From IMG/VR virus record IMGVR_UViG_3300035531_000094, positions 1 to 53,758 of that record: a stretch of 53,758 nt of DNA. One strand, 5' to 3'. Made by a program: the position numbers and the translations under genes. The stretch is from a virus (Duplodnaviria > Caudoviricetes). Of this stretch, positions 14,385-24,850 are shown piece by piece. Every line of letters starts with the position of its first letter. The stretch's first letter is position 1. Below the pieces are notes generated by a model, which did not search any database, was not told where the DNA came from, and saw nothing but the letters and a program-made list of their open reading frames with translations.

Positions 14385-16358
14385 CTATTGGATTTTTAAT
14401 GGTTTAATTCCCTCTTTTACAATTAAATTGATTACCTGAGATTTCGTTTCAGGTATTTCTATTACACTCTCTCGCCCGTCAATAAAAAATGGCGTGTACA
14501 TGTTGTTGTAGTCGGCAAGACGGTTGATAATTTCAATACCGGTCTGCACTTTTGCTGCTGTGTTGGCAAGTGCCCACGGTACGCCGTTTACCATAGCCTC
14601 ACATGTCTCGCTGATGCCACCGTTCATCTGAACATCAAACAACTTAAACTTCACATTCTCGAATAGCTCATTAATAGGCTTCTCATATGTATCAACTTTG
14701 AGTTTTACGAACTCTTCAATCAAATACTCGTCTTTTTCGTAAGCTGAAATTTGGTCGTTCAGTTTTTGTTCTTCTTGTTCAAGTTCTTTTACCCGGGTGT
14801 TGGCTTTTTCAATATCATATTTAGTGTTAAGTTGAGCAATTAACTTGTCACGCTCTTCTTGTAGTTCGAGTTTTTTCTTTTTAAGTTCAGCATCACCTTC
14901 CATCACCCCGGACGTTACATTGCTTAACTTTTCCTCAACTTTTGAAAGTGCTTCTTTCATGTGCTGGTATTCGGCATTGTCTTTAAGTATGCCTTGTGTG
15001 GTCTGCACACCTGCCGGGCTTTGCTTAATGCTTTCAACCTCTGCACGTTTTGATGCTAATATGCCATGCCCCTGTTCAATGTCGGCTTCAAGGTTTTCGT
15101 TCTCGGCTTCCAGGTCCTTAATCTTTTTATTAAGGCTCTGTCCCTCTTCGGTCATGGTTTGCATTTTCTTCTGAAGACGGGTGTTGAATTCTTTGATAGT
15201 TTCCTCTTTTTTCTCTTCGAGGTACTCTTCATCAAAAGGACGGTGGCAAGTTGGGCAGGCAGCATCTTTGTCGTCAAACGATATGGTCTTTGGCTCATTT
15301 TTCCAACTGTCCTGAATTTCTTTCTTCCGGGCGTTGAACGACTTAATACGATTGTTGTTTGTTTCAACAGTATTCGACCAGTCTTTCATGTCGTCCTGTA
15401 TTTTTTTAATGTCGCGATCAACTTCTTTGATATTGTCCTCTTTTGCTTGCAGCTTCTCGGAGATTTGACGGGAGGCATCACGTTCAATTGATTGCATCTT
15501 GCCTTTTATCTCATACAATTCTTTTTCAATTGCCGACTTTTGTTCAAAGTGTTGTTGGTGTTCTGATGCAATGCCGGATATTTGCTCTTCAGTTGACTGT
15601 ATCTTGCCGTCAATCTCTTCAACTTGTTTTTCAATTTCAGGATAGTTCAATGCTTCGGGCATATTGTTGTTGACCTCATCAATGCGCACCGGGATTTTAT
15701 CTTTATCCTCTTTAAGTCTTTTAATGGTCTGCTTAACTTGTGTTTGATAATCCTTAAGAGATTTGTTTGATAACTTTTCAATTAGGGAGTGAAATTTGTC
15801 GTTGGATTTCATTAACTCTGAATCATCTGGCAAACCTCCGACCATGTCGATAAGTATTTCACGCTGTGTAAGCCATTTTAAATTGCAGAAATAATACGGG
15901 TCAGATAACATCTTGAACGTGTCCTCGTGTATAATGTCGGCAATTTTAGCTTCGTACTCGCCTTTTTTGAGTGGTACTTCATTGTAGTAAAATTCAGTTT
16001 CGTGCCCGGTGAGTTCTGATGTTTCGGAACCACGTTTCTTCACCCATTTTTCACGGAATATTCTTTTTAGGATTAACTCTTCACCGTCGATGTCAAATAT
16101 TCCCATAACGATTGAATCGACCTTGTGTATTGGCTCATTGTTGCTGTCAAGTGGTTTTACTTCAAACCGTCCTTTTCCTGTGTCTGTCCTACCATATTGG
16201 TCTTTTTCAAAGAGGAGCCATGTGTAACCGTCAAAAATTGAACTCTTGAAAGTGCCGTTATCTCCCAATATGTCGGTTGATAAAGGGTTGAAGTCAATTT
16301 CAAGACATTTAATTCCCTTGAAATTTTGTAACGTTAATTTTTTAAGTGTAAGGTTCAT
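14385..16358 (-). CDS. SMC/Rad50-like AAA ATPase
   Basis: N-terminal LQNFKG..GDNGTFKSS Walker A, long coiled coil, CPTC zinc hook, C-terminal FFIDGRES. Confidence 0.85.
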   Translation of the reverse strand: MNLTLKKLTLQNFKGIKCLEIDFNPLSTDILGDNGTFKSSIFDGYTWLLFEKDQYGRTDTGKGRFEVKPLDSNNEPIHKVDSIVMGIFDIDGEELILKRIFREKWVKKRGSETSELTGHETEFYYNEVPLKKGEYEAKIADIIHEDTFKMLSDPYYFCNLKWLTQREILIDMVGGLPDDSELMKSNDKFHSLIEKLSNKSLKDYQTQVKQTIKRLKEDKDKIPVRIDEVNNNMPEALNYPEIEKQVEEIDGKIQSTEEQISGIASEHQQHFEQKSAIEKELYEIKGKMQSIERDASRQISEKLQAKEDNIKEVDRDIKKIQDDMKDWSNTVETNNNRIKSFNARKKEIQDSWKNEPKTISFDDKDAACPTCHRPFDEEYLEEKKEETIKEFNTRLQKKMQTMTEEGQSLNKKIKDLEAENENLEADIEQGHGILASKRAEVESIKQSPAGVQTTQGILKDNAEYQHMKEALSKVEEKLSNVTSGVMEGDAELKKKKLELQEERDKLIAQLNTKYDIEKANTRVKELEQEEQKLNDQISAYEKDEYLIEEFVKLKVDTYEKPINELFENVKFKLFDVQMNGGISETCEAMVNGVPWALANTAAKVQTGIEIINRLADYNNMYTPFFIDGRESVIEIPETKSQVINLIVKEGIKPLKIQ

Positions 16359-16373
16359 AGTGTTGTTGTTTAA

Positions 16374-16550
16374 TTATTTAACAAATTTTCCTGTTTCCTT
16401 TTTATTACTTTCATAGTGTTTTTGTAGCTGCCTGTGATATTTTTCAAGGTTTTGGCCATCATAAACGGGTTTTTTTGTCTGTACCACCTTGCAGCTTGAA
16501 AAAAACAGAATAAAAAGCATTGTGATAATTATTAATGTTTTACGTTTCAT
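16374..16550 (-). CDS. Small putative lipoprotein (58 aa)
   Basis: Manual translation MKRKTLIIITMLFILFFSSC..., with a lipobox-like Cys. Confidence 0.5.
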   Translation of the reverse strand: MKRKTLIIITMLFILFFSSCKVVQTKKPVYDGQNLEKYHRQLQKHYESNKKETGKFVK

Positions 16551-16848
16551 AGTGCTGTTTGTTTTTAAATTGTTTGTTTATTGTTAAAATTGATACCCCA
16601 AGATTGGCCATTATGATTATGTAGTAGCCAAAATATAAAGTCATAGATTTCGTCTGTGGTTCACCTGTTAACAGTACAAGTGAAAGCATAAAATATATAG
16701 CTGCTAATAGTTTTTTCATGGCATAAAATTATTGAAATGGTGAAATATACCTACTGCCATCAGCAGTATTATTATACCTATAATGCCTGCTATAAACATT
16801 ATCATAGCGAACCGTTCGTCTTTATTGTCCTTGCCTTGCTGTGCCATA

Positions 16849-17019
16849 CTAATTATTTTTTATTTCAACCCTGATTTTACACCTCGGGGACGTGGGGTGT
16901 GGTACCCATTTAAATTTCTTACCGGCTTCGCGCTCTTTTATTTTTTTTAATGATTTGAGTGCAATCTGCTTGTTCTTGTCATTATACTCTGCTATTTGAC
17001 TAATTACTTGTGATGTCAT
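16849..17019 (-). CDS. Small basic hypothetical protein
   Basis: The likelier start is MTSQVISQ at 17019, overlapping the antirepressor stop. Confidence 0.5.
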   Translation of the reverse strand: MTSQVISQIAEYNDKNKQIALKSLKKIKEREAGKKFKWVPHPTSPRCKIRVEIKNN

Positions 17020-17783
17020 AGTGTTGTGATTTTTTGTTGAATTGTATTGTGAATGAACTCTACTCCTGCCTCTGTCCAGTATAGGTGCTTCGAGGTCTGT
17101 ACCTCCCCTTGTGAGTTGGTGAATGGAAAAGTTTTGGTTTTTGCCAACCCGCGCCCGGCATATTTTGAATTTAAAACCCATGTACCGTTTACCTTACGGA
17201 TAATCCCCCTGTGTTTTAATAATTTATTCAGGGCGATTGCGCTCATGCCTAAATCAAAAGCAATAACCGTAGTGGCTGTCAGTTTCCTACTGTCAAGTAC
17301 TTTTTCATAATATTCAACTTTGGGCGCGGAATGCTTGAGTTCTTGGGCTTGAAGTTTATTCTGCTCTTGTAGCTGTGCTTTAATTGCCCGTTCATGCTTT
17401 AACGCTTTCATTACTGAAATAACATAGTCCGGGTTGAGCAAGTCTTCTGGGTTTACTGCCGTGGCGCCATGCTTCATTAGCTCCTTGATGTGGTCGTTGC
17501 ACCAAATGTAGAATTCAGGTGACAACCATTGAGCGAATGCCAAGGCAACGTCTTCGTGCATCCAAGTTCCAAAAGCGGTTCCGCCATTCTTAACAACCAC
17601 TAAATCAGTCGGGTCGCATTTATGAGAAGCGGCTAAAGCTTTTATTAAGCGCACCGACTGTTCTGTTCTTAGCCAATTGCCAGGTTTTATATTAAAAACC
17701 CTTGCCATTTCGGTGGCATTGATCATCATCCCCTTTTTAAATGAAAAGGAAATTTTTACTCCGTTGTAGCTAAATTGTTTCAT
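17016..17783 (-). CDS. KilA-N / KilA-C (ANT) antirepressor-type protein
   Basis: MINATEMA..GTWMHEDVALAFAQWLSPEF (KilA-N); APKVEYYEKVL..YWTEAG (KilA-C). Confidence 0.9.
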   Translation of the reverse strand: MKQFSYNGVKISFSFKKGMMINATEMARVFNIKPGNWLRTEQSVRLIKALAASHKCDPTDLVVVKNGGTAFGTWMHEDVALAFAQWLSPEFYIWCNDHIKELMKHGATAVNPEDLLNPDYVISVMKALKHERAIKAQLQEQNKLQAQELKHSAPKVEYYEKVLDSRKLTATTVIAFDLGMSAIALNKLLKHRGIIRKVNGTWVLNSKYAGRGLAKTKTFPFTNSQGEVQTSKHLYWTEAGVEFIHNTIQQKITTL

Positions 17784-17803
17784 AGTGTTGTTTATTAGAT
17801 TAT

Positions 17804-18010
17804 TTACTTGACACGAACAACCAATATTTCATTAGTGTCCCTTTTTACTCGTGTCGAAAACTTCTTGCCCGTGGCCAGCGACATATTCGTCGCTGCAACT
17901 CTAACTGCATTCACCCGCCTTGCGGGAAATGCGATTTTGTCCCAAAGCTCCAATTTTCTTATACTTGGGGCTATGGGCGTGTTGACAGGTACTTTTTCTT
18001 TTGTGCTCAT
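17804..18010 (-). CDS. Small basic, probably DNA-binding protein
   Basis: The likelier start is MSTKEK at 18010; a TATATTTG promoter-like box lies just upstream. Confidence 0.55.
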   Translation of the reverse strand: MSTKEKVPVNTPIAPSIRKLELWDKIAFPARRVNAVRVAATNMSLATGKKFSTRVKRDTNEILVVRVK

Positions 18011-18071
18011 ATTATAATTAATTAATTTGTTTGTACAAATATAAGGATAATTAACTAACAACAAAATAAAA

Positions 18072-18506
18072 TCACAAAAATATTTTAATAAATTCATCAA
18101 GGACCCCGGGCTTATTGGTGCCGTACCAATACAGGTATGTTTCGCGCTGTAAGAAAAAGCATTGTGCGGCGGTTAACTTGTTTACTTTCGATAACAGTTG
18201 TTTCAAGTCAATATCCCACTTTTTAGCTGTTCCTTCGTAACGGTCGCTATCCTCAACGGCTGCAATAAGTGATAATTTTTGAGTCGCAAATACGGGGTCG
18301 AACATGGTTGCGTTTGCAATATCGGTTAAATACTTTAGCTCGTTTTCTGTAAATAGCCCGGCTATCTCTTTAATGGTTTGCCTCTTAAGTTCTATAAAAC
18401 TTGAAATGGCGAACACGGCATTTTGCGATGTTGATTTTTCGCCAATTGTCTCAAATAATTTAGCATAAGGTGCTGGCAAGTTTGTGTTAATTCTTGTTTC
18501 TTTCAT
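18072..18506 (-). CDS. Hypothetical protein (possible regulator)
   Basis: 144-aa ORF. Confidence 0.7.
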   Translation of the reverse strand: MKETRINTNLPAPYAKLFETIGEKSTSQNAVFAISSFIELKRQTIKEIAGLFTENELKYLTDIANATMFDPVFATQKLSLIAAVEDSDRYEGTAKKWDIDLKQLLSKVNKLTAAQCFFLQRETYLYWYGTNKPGVLDEFIKIFL

Positions 18507-18658
18507 TGTTGTAATCTTTTTTTTAAAATATGTGAATTCATTAATCTTTTTTACCTACTGGTATTTTTTCGTTTTTTTAACGAAAGAATTTATAAGTTTA
18601 AGTAGTTCTTTTTTTGATAATCTTCTGTTCATTATACTGCTATTGTTATGGCTTAGTA

Positions 18659-18940
18659 TTAAATATTATAGAGTGAAGCGAGTCTTTCGATTTCTTTTGT
18701 CATGTCTAAAAAAAGCTCTTCAGTGTTATCGTATTTATTCATAGGCGTTGTATTGCTTTCTGCATCTTTTAATACATCAGATTCTTTTGCATCGCCGAGA
18801 CAATAACTTTCCCATAAGTGAATTGGGTGATTATCTACGTTGTAGAGTTCCCTAATTTGCATATCAAGTTCTTCATATACAATTGAAGCAGCTTTATTGC
18901 TGTCTATACCTTTGTTTTCTAAAATTTGTTGAGCATTCAT
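18659..18940 (-). CDS. Hypothetical early protein
   Basis: 93-aa ORF with a CAACATCATG leader. Confidence 0.6.
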   Translation of the reverse strand: MNAQQILENKGIDSNKAASIVYEELDMQIRELYNVDNHPIHLWESYCLGDAKESDVLKDAESNTTPMNKYDNTEELFLDMTKEIERLASLYNI

Positions 18941-19143
18941 GATGTTGTTGTTTTAAATGATTAATATATCTATTGTTGTGAACAAACTATTTGTTCAATT
19001 TCTGTAATTGCTTTCATGATTTCTATTTCGGTAATTTCTGTTACTGTTTTTTCTGATAATAGATTCCAGGGGAGATGTCCCTGTTTTTTGTTACTTTGTA
19101 ACTTTTCATGATGTTGATTTTTAAAGGTTGATGGGGACTATTT

Positions 19144-19192
19144 CCCATTGTTTCTGATACAAACCTACAACAAAAAATAATACAATGCAAGG
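19144..19192 (-). promoter_or_regulatory. Putative main leftward (early) promoter
   Basis: Minus-strand TAGGTTTG (-7 TAnnTTTG) with upstream CTTGCA, at the head of the 19-kb leftward gene block. Confidence 0.55.
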
Positions 19193-19293
19193 AAAAGATA
19201 AGAAAAAAACAAAAAAAAATGCAATGAAGTGAAAATGAGATGATTATAAGGTAAAAAATGTAAGAAAAATAAAAAAGAAATAACAGGTCCAGG

Positions 19294-22020
19294 CTAATAA
19301 GACCTGAGCCTGTGTGAATATCTCTCTTCTACCTGCATGTTGAATGCCTCGATTACATTCGTCTTAGAGATGTCAAGATTGCCCCAGAAAGCTAAAACGA
19401 AGTACTTGTACGAAGCAGCCATATAAGTTAACTGAATGTCGTTAATATGACCTGATTTGCGGTCGTTGCCGGTTACCCTTGTGAAGTGAACACCGTCATT
19501 GCTTGCAAAGAGGGCTACCGCGGCAAACATCCCGCCATCTTCATATAACAAACACTGTAATAAAGACTCTTTTATCTTTTTCCTGTGATTGGTGGTTATG
19601 TTAAATGGAGAGGTGTGAAAATGGCATTGTGTGGTCGTGTTATAATTACGGACAGATATGTCCGTTAATATATCTGACCTTAAACCATATAATTTTGGAA
19701 AGTCGCTAATATATTTAAAATGATAATCAGAAAGCCTGAACCATACATTTTCCTCAATATCAAGACAATATGAGTAACCCTGCATGGGCAAAGAGGCTAT
19801 TAATCTCTTGTTTAAGTAATCATAAGCCAAAACAACATCATCATAAAGCCCCCTGAAATCAGATAAGTTCGTGAGGATGCCCCCTAATGTACAAACCTGT
19901 GTTTCACTTGAATACCTCGAAAACCTACCACCAATGTCAGAACCTGGCACCGGCGATATGTTGCCCTCGATGGGCGATGATATTTTTGCCGGTTTGTTGC
20001 CCTGAATGATCATTATGCCGTCCTGAGATGTGTAAAAAAGGACATTGTGCCCAGTGATGGGACATGAGGTTGCAATGTCAGTGCTTATAGGTATTACAGA
20101 AGTCACAATAACTTCTCCCCTGCCGATATTTGCGGCATAAATGCCCGTTGATGTGAAAATAAAGACCGGATATTGCCCAAATTGTCCCTCGCTGACCGGA
20201 AAACTGGACACGCCAAAGTATTTTATTACCCCTTCTCCGACATTATAAGTATGTAACGCAGGAAATATCAAAGGGTTATTCAATTCGGACAGCATGACCG
20301 TATTACCGGGCAGTATGTCCGTTGGATTGTCGTCTAAAACTTCATTTGACTCTACAATGTTTGATAACACACAAGATATTCTCATAAAAGATACATCAGT
20401 TGGTTCTGTCATCAATAAATCAGTATAAGAATATAAATGACGATCAGCATAAGAGTAGTTGTGTGATTCGCTGTTTTTTAAGGGTATTGTTTCAATTTTA
20501 TACCAATAATTTAATTTTACGAATATTGTGACAGAAACAGCACGCGCATCTGGATAACTTAAATGTGAAGGATAGAGGTTCAGTGTTGTGGCACCTAAAA
20601 ATTCACCCGTGTCAACTTTTATCCCTGTAAATAATTTTGAAGTAGTTATAGCACCGCTTGTTGTTTCAATCTTATATTTTAAACATACATCTACAGATGC
20701 ATCTGTTGAGCCGATATTCTGAAATTCAATAGACGGAGATGTAATCTCTCTTTGAATACCAGCTATCCATAGTCTTGAATTATAGGTGAAAAGTTTTTCT
20801 GCCTTAAGGTTGTGGTGTGTATTTTGGTCAACTTCCATGTTCTCCCGTGTTGCATAGTCTTGATAAAAGCCTTCAAGGTCAATATCATAAGTTTTAGGTG
20901 CTGAGAGCTCCATTATTTCTTCAAAGTCTATCTCGTGGACCTTGTACCAGTTTGTGGGGCATTTGAGGTATTCGTAATCGTCTGATTCGGCAATTAAGCT
21001 ATTATCGAATTCTTCAAAGTTTGTTATTACAGGGACAGTGGAACCAAGATAGTCATTGATGTATTCGTTTTCTTCATTTTTTACCATCTCTTCAAAATCA
21101 TATTTAATAAGGGGCTTAGAAAAGAAAAAGACAATAGAACTAATCAATTTAGACGAATCAACCATGTTCACATAGTCGGACGGGCTAATTTTTAATTTAT
21201 ATTTTGTTGTTTTGAACCCAAGGCTATCATGAGGATAATCTAATCCGTCATCTCGGAGCAGCTCTTGTTTTATAAACCATGAATTCATTGTATTATGACA
21301 CATAATAGGAGGCGTGGCCATAACATACGACCCATCAATTAATTTATAAGCAGCGCGTATTGATACCGCTCCATGTATCCGCCCTTCTTCGCTTTCTTCG
21401 TTGAGTATTTTATATGCTTTTGAAATTAACGATTCTCTCCAATCAAAATCATTATGAATAGCACGAACACCTTCTGTTTCTTTTTCTTCCATCTCACTTG
21501 TAGAGTCAACATCAAATTTAATCTTATTACTAATATTAATAAGAATGTACTTGTTGTCGTAATATAAGTACTTTCTAAGTGTTTTGGTCGTTGCCACAAT
21601 AAGATAATTGGCAATCTCGTTAATATCAAGGATTGTTTCATTGTCGCCCAATGACAATTCCTGAATGATCTCCCCGGTTGTAATATTTTTTATGATATTT
21701 AACCTATCAAAGTTAAATGCTATGGTTGGTGGCACATAGTTGGGCTCACCGAGCAAGCCGCTGCCGCTATCGATAACTTCTGATTCAATTCTTTCTATAC
21801 CTATGTAATTCACATACGTACTGCCCCGGTGAATGTGCATCCGTGTATATCCGTGAGCAGATGAAAAGTATTGTCCGTAATCTACCGGCACCAGTGCGCT
21901 TTTCTCCGGCTTCATGTTCACCATATCTTCTACTTTGAACGAATTGTTGTTTATCCGCTCTATCCCCTCATTGAGTGGGATTGATATGTTTTTCGATTTA
22001 TCGCTTTGCTTTGAGTTCAT
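19294..22020 (-). CDS. Large putative virion structural protein (tail/stabilisation-like)
   Basis: 908 aa with a beta-rich C-terminus (SELNNPLIFP..SEGQFGQYPVFIFTSTGIYA). Function is inferred from size and context. Confidence 0.5.
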   Translation of the reverse strand: MNSKQSDKSKNISIPLNEGIERINNNSFKVEDMVNMKPEKSALVPVDYGQYFSSAHGYTRMHIHRGSTYVNYIGIERIESEVIDSGSGLLGEPNYVPPTIAFNFDRLNIIKNITTGEIIQELSLGDNETILDINEIANYLIVATTKTLRKYLYYDNKYILINISNKIKFDVDSTSEMEEKETEGVRAIHNDFDWRESLISKAYKILNEESEEGRIHGAVSIRAAYKLIDGSYVMATPPIMCHNTMNSWFIKQELLRDDGLDYPHDSLGFKTTKYKLKISPSDYVNMVDSSKLISSIVFFFSKPLIKYDFEEMVKNEENEYINDYLGSTVPVITNFEEFDNSLIAESDDYEYLKCPTNWYKVHEIDFEEIMELSAPKTYDIDLEGFYQDYATRENMEVDQNTHHNLKAEKLFTYNSRLWIAGIQREITSPSIEFQNIGSTDASVDVCLKYKIETTSGAITTSKLFTGIKVDTGEFLGATTLNLYPSHLSYPDARAVSVTIFVKLNYWYKIETIPLKNSESHNYSYADRHLYSYTDLLMTEPTDVSFMRISCVLSNIVESNEVLDDNPTDILPGNTVMLSELNNPLIFPALHTYNVGEGVIKYFGVSSFPVSEGQFGQYPVFIFTSTGIYAANIGRGEVIVTSVIPISTDIATSCPITGHNVLFYTSQDGIMIIQGNKPAKISSPIEGNISPVPGSDIGGRFSRYSSETQVCTLGGILTNLSDFRGLYDDVVLAYDYLNKRLIASLPMQGYSYCLDIEENVWFRLSDYHFKYISDFPKLYGLRSDILTDISVRNYNTTTQCHFHTSPFNITTNHRKKIKESLLQCLLYEDGGMFAAVALFASNDGVHFTRVTGNDRKSGHINDIQLTYMAASYKYFVLAFWGNLDISKTNVIEAFNMQVEERYSHRLRSY

Positions 22021-22023
22021 ATC

Positions 22024-22557
22024 TTATGAGTTAATTGCTTTGTTCCTTCTTTCTTCAAGTTCCATACGTGATTGTGCCAGCTTGTTCCTTACAGATTCAA
22101 CTAAGCTTATGCCTTCGTCTTCAATGTCAGTAGCTGCCGGAATGGTGTATTGCGCTGCATCTCTTACTATTCTGTTAAGTTTGTCAACCTCGAATGGTTT
22201 TAGTTTCTCGATACCATATTTTTCAATGTACCATAGCTTGTGTTCTACCCATTTTTGAAGTAATATGAGGGATGTGGACGTAATACCGGATAATCTTGAA
22301 AGGTTGGCGTTTGCCTGGTCTTTTATCCCCTCAGGGAGTTTCTTTTCAACGGTTATTTTATTAGAGTTTTGCTGATATGAAAAATTGAATTCTGATTTCA
22401 TTTCTTCATAATTGTAATCCCGGCACCAGTTTGATACTGTTTTGCGGTTTAGTTTAAACTCAGCCGCACACTCTAACTGTGATTTCTTATTGTCGTGCTT
22501 CCATTTCAACACTTCAAAGATTTTCTCCTTCGGGTAAGGTTTTCTTGCCATAATCAA
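22024..22557 (-). CDS. HTH protein, candidate terminase small subunit or regulator
   Basis: SQLECAAEFKLNRKTVSNW HTH followed by a helical C-terminus. Confidence 0.5.
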   Translation of the reverse strand: MIMARKPYPKEKIFEVLKWKHDNKKSQLECAAEFKLNRKTVSNWCRDYNYEEMKSEFNFSYQQNSNKITVEKKLPEGIKDQANANLSRLSGITSTSLILLQKWVEHKLWYIEKYGIEKLKPFEVDKLNRIVRDAAQYTIPAATDIEDEGISLVESVRNKLAQSRMELEERRNKAINS

Positions 22558-22614
22558 TTTAAGATTTAATTCGACATGAATTTATATTATCAGTTGATTG
22601 ACAGGTGTATTTAT

Positions 22615-22630
22615 TGCCAATTTATTGGCA
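22615..22630. promoter_or_regulatory. Palindromic operator-like site TGCCAA-N4-TTGGCA
   Basis: Lies in a divergent intergenic region; a second copy is at 43839-43854. Confidence 0.6.
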
Positions 22631-22685
22631 GTGATACAATAGATATTCCGAATTGCTACTTATTTTGGTGAAAAAATATAATGTT

Positions 22686-23216
22686 ATGGCAATAGGGACA
22701 ACATTAGGTTTAATTGGAGCCGGGCTTTCGGCAGCTCAGAATGTTTATGGGGGTATTAAAAATGCACAAGCAGTAAAAGAAAAGGAACGAGAGGTAGAAA
22801 ACTATCAAACAGACCTTGATGCTTGGTACGACAAGAACTACAATCAGGACTTCCTTTCTACCAATGTTGGTAAAGCTGCATTGGAACGCACACGGGAACA
22901 GATGTTTGATAAAAACAAGCAAGCAGACAATGCTAAAGTTGTTACCGGTGCGACAAATGAAGCTGGGCTGGCTGCCAAAACTAAAAACAACGACATGTTT
23001 TCTGATACTGTGAATAAGCTTGCGGCTATGGGCACAGCACGGCAAGACCGGGTTGATTCAATAAACAGGCAGCAGAAACTTGGCTTGTTCAACACCAAAA
23101 TGGGGATGCACGATGATGATATAGCTTCTGCCCAACAATTTCAGGAAAATTCAGGTGAGCAATTATCTGGCATTATGGATGTAGTTTCAATGTTAAGTAC
23201 AGGAGGGGCAATATAA
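22686..23216 (+). CDS. Putative internal virion/ejection protein
   Basis: Gly/Ala-rich N-terminus (MAIGTTLGLIGAGLSAA) plus coiled coil; first of three genes leading to the giant protein. Confidence 0.55.
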   Translation: MAIGTTLGLIGAGLSAAQNVYGGIKNAQAVKEKEREVENYQTDLDAWYDKNYNQDFLSTNVGKAALERTREQMFDKNKQADNAKVVTGATNEAGLAAKTKNNDMFSDTVNKLAAMGTARQDRVDSINRQQKLGLFNTKMGMHDDDIASAQQFQENSGEQLSGIMDVVSMLSTGGAI

Positions 23217-24841
23217 TGGCAGCATTAGGACTTTACAAATCAAAAGAAAACGAACCTGACTATCTCGGACTTGAAGAGAAAAGGGACAGGGTAAAAGATG
23301 CAGGTATGTTTAAGGGTAAACCGGAGGATAACGGTGTTAAATCTCCTGAAATGAAATATAATCCGGATGATTACCTGCCGGAAAATCAAAACTACCTAAA
23401 GCAAAACAGCCAGCCTCAAACAAAACCACAAGAACAGTCAGCTACCGAACAACCGGTTGAGCAAGCAGCCAACAAACAGGATGAATATGCTATTGATAAG
23501 GATAATGCACTTGGCTCAATATTTGACATCGAAGTGTCTTCGGCTCCTGAATATGATGAGAAGCGTCAAAAGGTACGTAAGAATCAGGCGGTATTAGGAA
23601 CACTGGGTAATGCACTTACATCTATGGGGGATGGTTTAACCTTAGGAATGGGCGGACATGTTATTGACCGTAATTTTGACGACAACGAAAAATACATCAA
23701 TGACTTTGTTGGTTACCGGGACGACTACCAAAAGAGGCTGGAATCTTGGGACAATCAGAGGTTCTTGCAGGAACTGAAAAAAGCCGGAGAGATTTCAGAC
23801 GCAGAATATAAGGACGAAGCAAACAGGATAAGGGAGAAAGGCGTTGATAGCCTTGATAATTACAGACAGGGTCAACTAGAACTTGGAAAACAAAGAAATG
23901 AAACTGATGCCGAATACAAGAAAAGAATAGCCGATGCCCGTGATGCAAGCGTGGCCGGTCTGAACGAGAAAAGAAAAAATGACACTGCCATTGATTGGAA
24001 ACAGCTTGAAATGCAACAAAAGAAACTTGCAGAGGAAATGGGTGACAACCCAGTTGAATATACGGTAAATACCGGAGTCGGTACATCAGTTAAGAAACTC
24101 ACACCAAATCAAGCACAGGAAAACTTTGTCCGTGCCATGAGCAACCCTGAATTTATGAAGTGGGCTGCCAAAACAGGGCTTGTTGAGAAAGATACAAAAG
24201 GTGGTGGCACCGATGATGTTGGAAGACCAATTGAAGGTGAAACCAATTACTCTATCGAAAGGGGTATAAAACCTATTGATATTGCTATTGCCTACGACAA
24301 ATATAAAACATCAAAAGACACCGGTTCTGACATTGACTGGACGGGTGAAGATTACCAGACAGCAGGGAAACCATCACAAAAAGAAACAGGACAAACAGTT
24401 GGTGACGAAATAGTCAACAGTGCCATAAATGGAGGGGCAGACAATTATACCACAGATAGGCTTATGAACTCGAATAATTCCAGATTTAAGTCTAACAACC
24501 AACGACAGGCAGAGGAAAAGATGCGCAAGCAGTTAAAAGAAGAGGGGTTATCTGACGATGGTTCTGCTTCTTTTATTGAAGCAATGAAAAATGGAGACGT
24601 GTCAAGTATCGTGAACTTAGACGATAAAGACCGCGAACAGATGGGTCGGATGCTTCAACGTTTAGAGAATGGGGAAGACCCGGAACGGGTACAGGCAGGA
24701 ATAGAGACACTGTTAATGTCCAATAAAGGATTCACCCCGTCACAAGCAAAGGTTATCGCCATGGACTTTATCGAAAAAGGATTGCCTGAAACTACGCAGC
24801 AACTACCATCAGAGAAAGAAAGATTGAACGTATTACCATAA
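23216..24841 (+). CDS. Putative internal virion/ejection protein
   Basis: 541 aa, charged and helical, with LGTLGNALTSMGDGLTLGMGG; context. Confidence 0.55.
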   Translation: MAALGLYKSKENEPDYLGLEEKRDRVKDAGMFKGKPEDNGVKSPEMKYNPDDYLPENQNYLKQNSQPQTKPQEQSATEQPVEQAANKQDEYAIDKDNALGSIFDIEVSSAPEYDEKRQKVRKNQAVLGTLGNALTSMGDGLTLGMGGHVIDRNFDDNEKYINDFVGYRDDYQKRLESWDNQRFLQELKKAGEISDAEYKDEANRIREKGVDSLDNYRQGQLELGKQRNETDAEYKKRIADARDASVAGLNEKRKNDTAIDWKQLEMQQKKLAEEMGDNPVEYTVNTGVGTSVKKLTPNQAQENFVRAMSNPEFMKWAAKTGLVEKDTKGGGTDDVGRPIEGETNYSIERGIKPIDIAIAYDKYKTSKDTGSDIDWTGEDYQTAGKPSQKETGQTVGDEIVNSAINGGADNYTTDRLMNSNNSRFKSNNQRQAEEKMRKQLKEEGLSDDGSASFIEAMKNGDVSSIVNLDDKDREQMGRMLQRLENGEDPERVQAGIETLLMSNKGFTPSQAKVIAMDFIEKGLPETTQQLPSEKERLNVLP

Positions 24842-24850
24842 TCATAAGTC

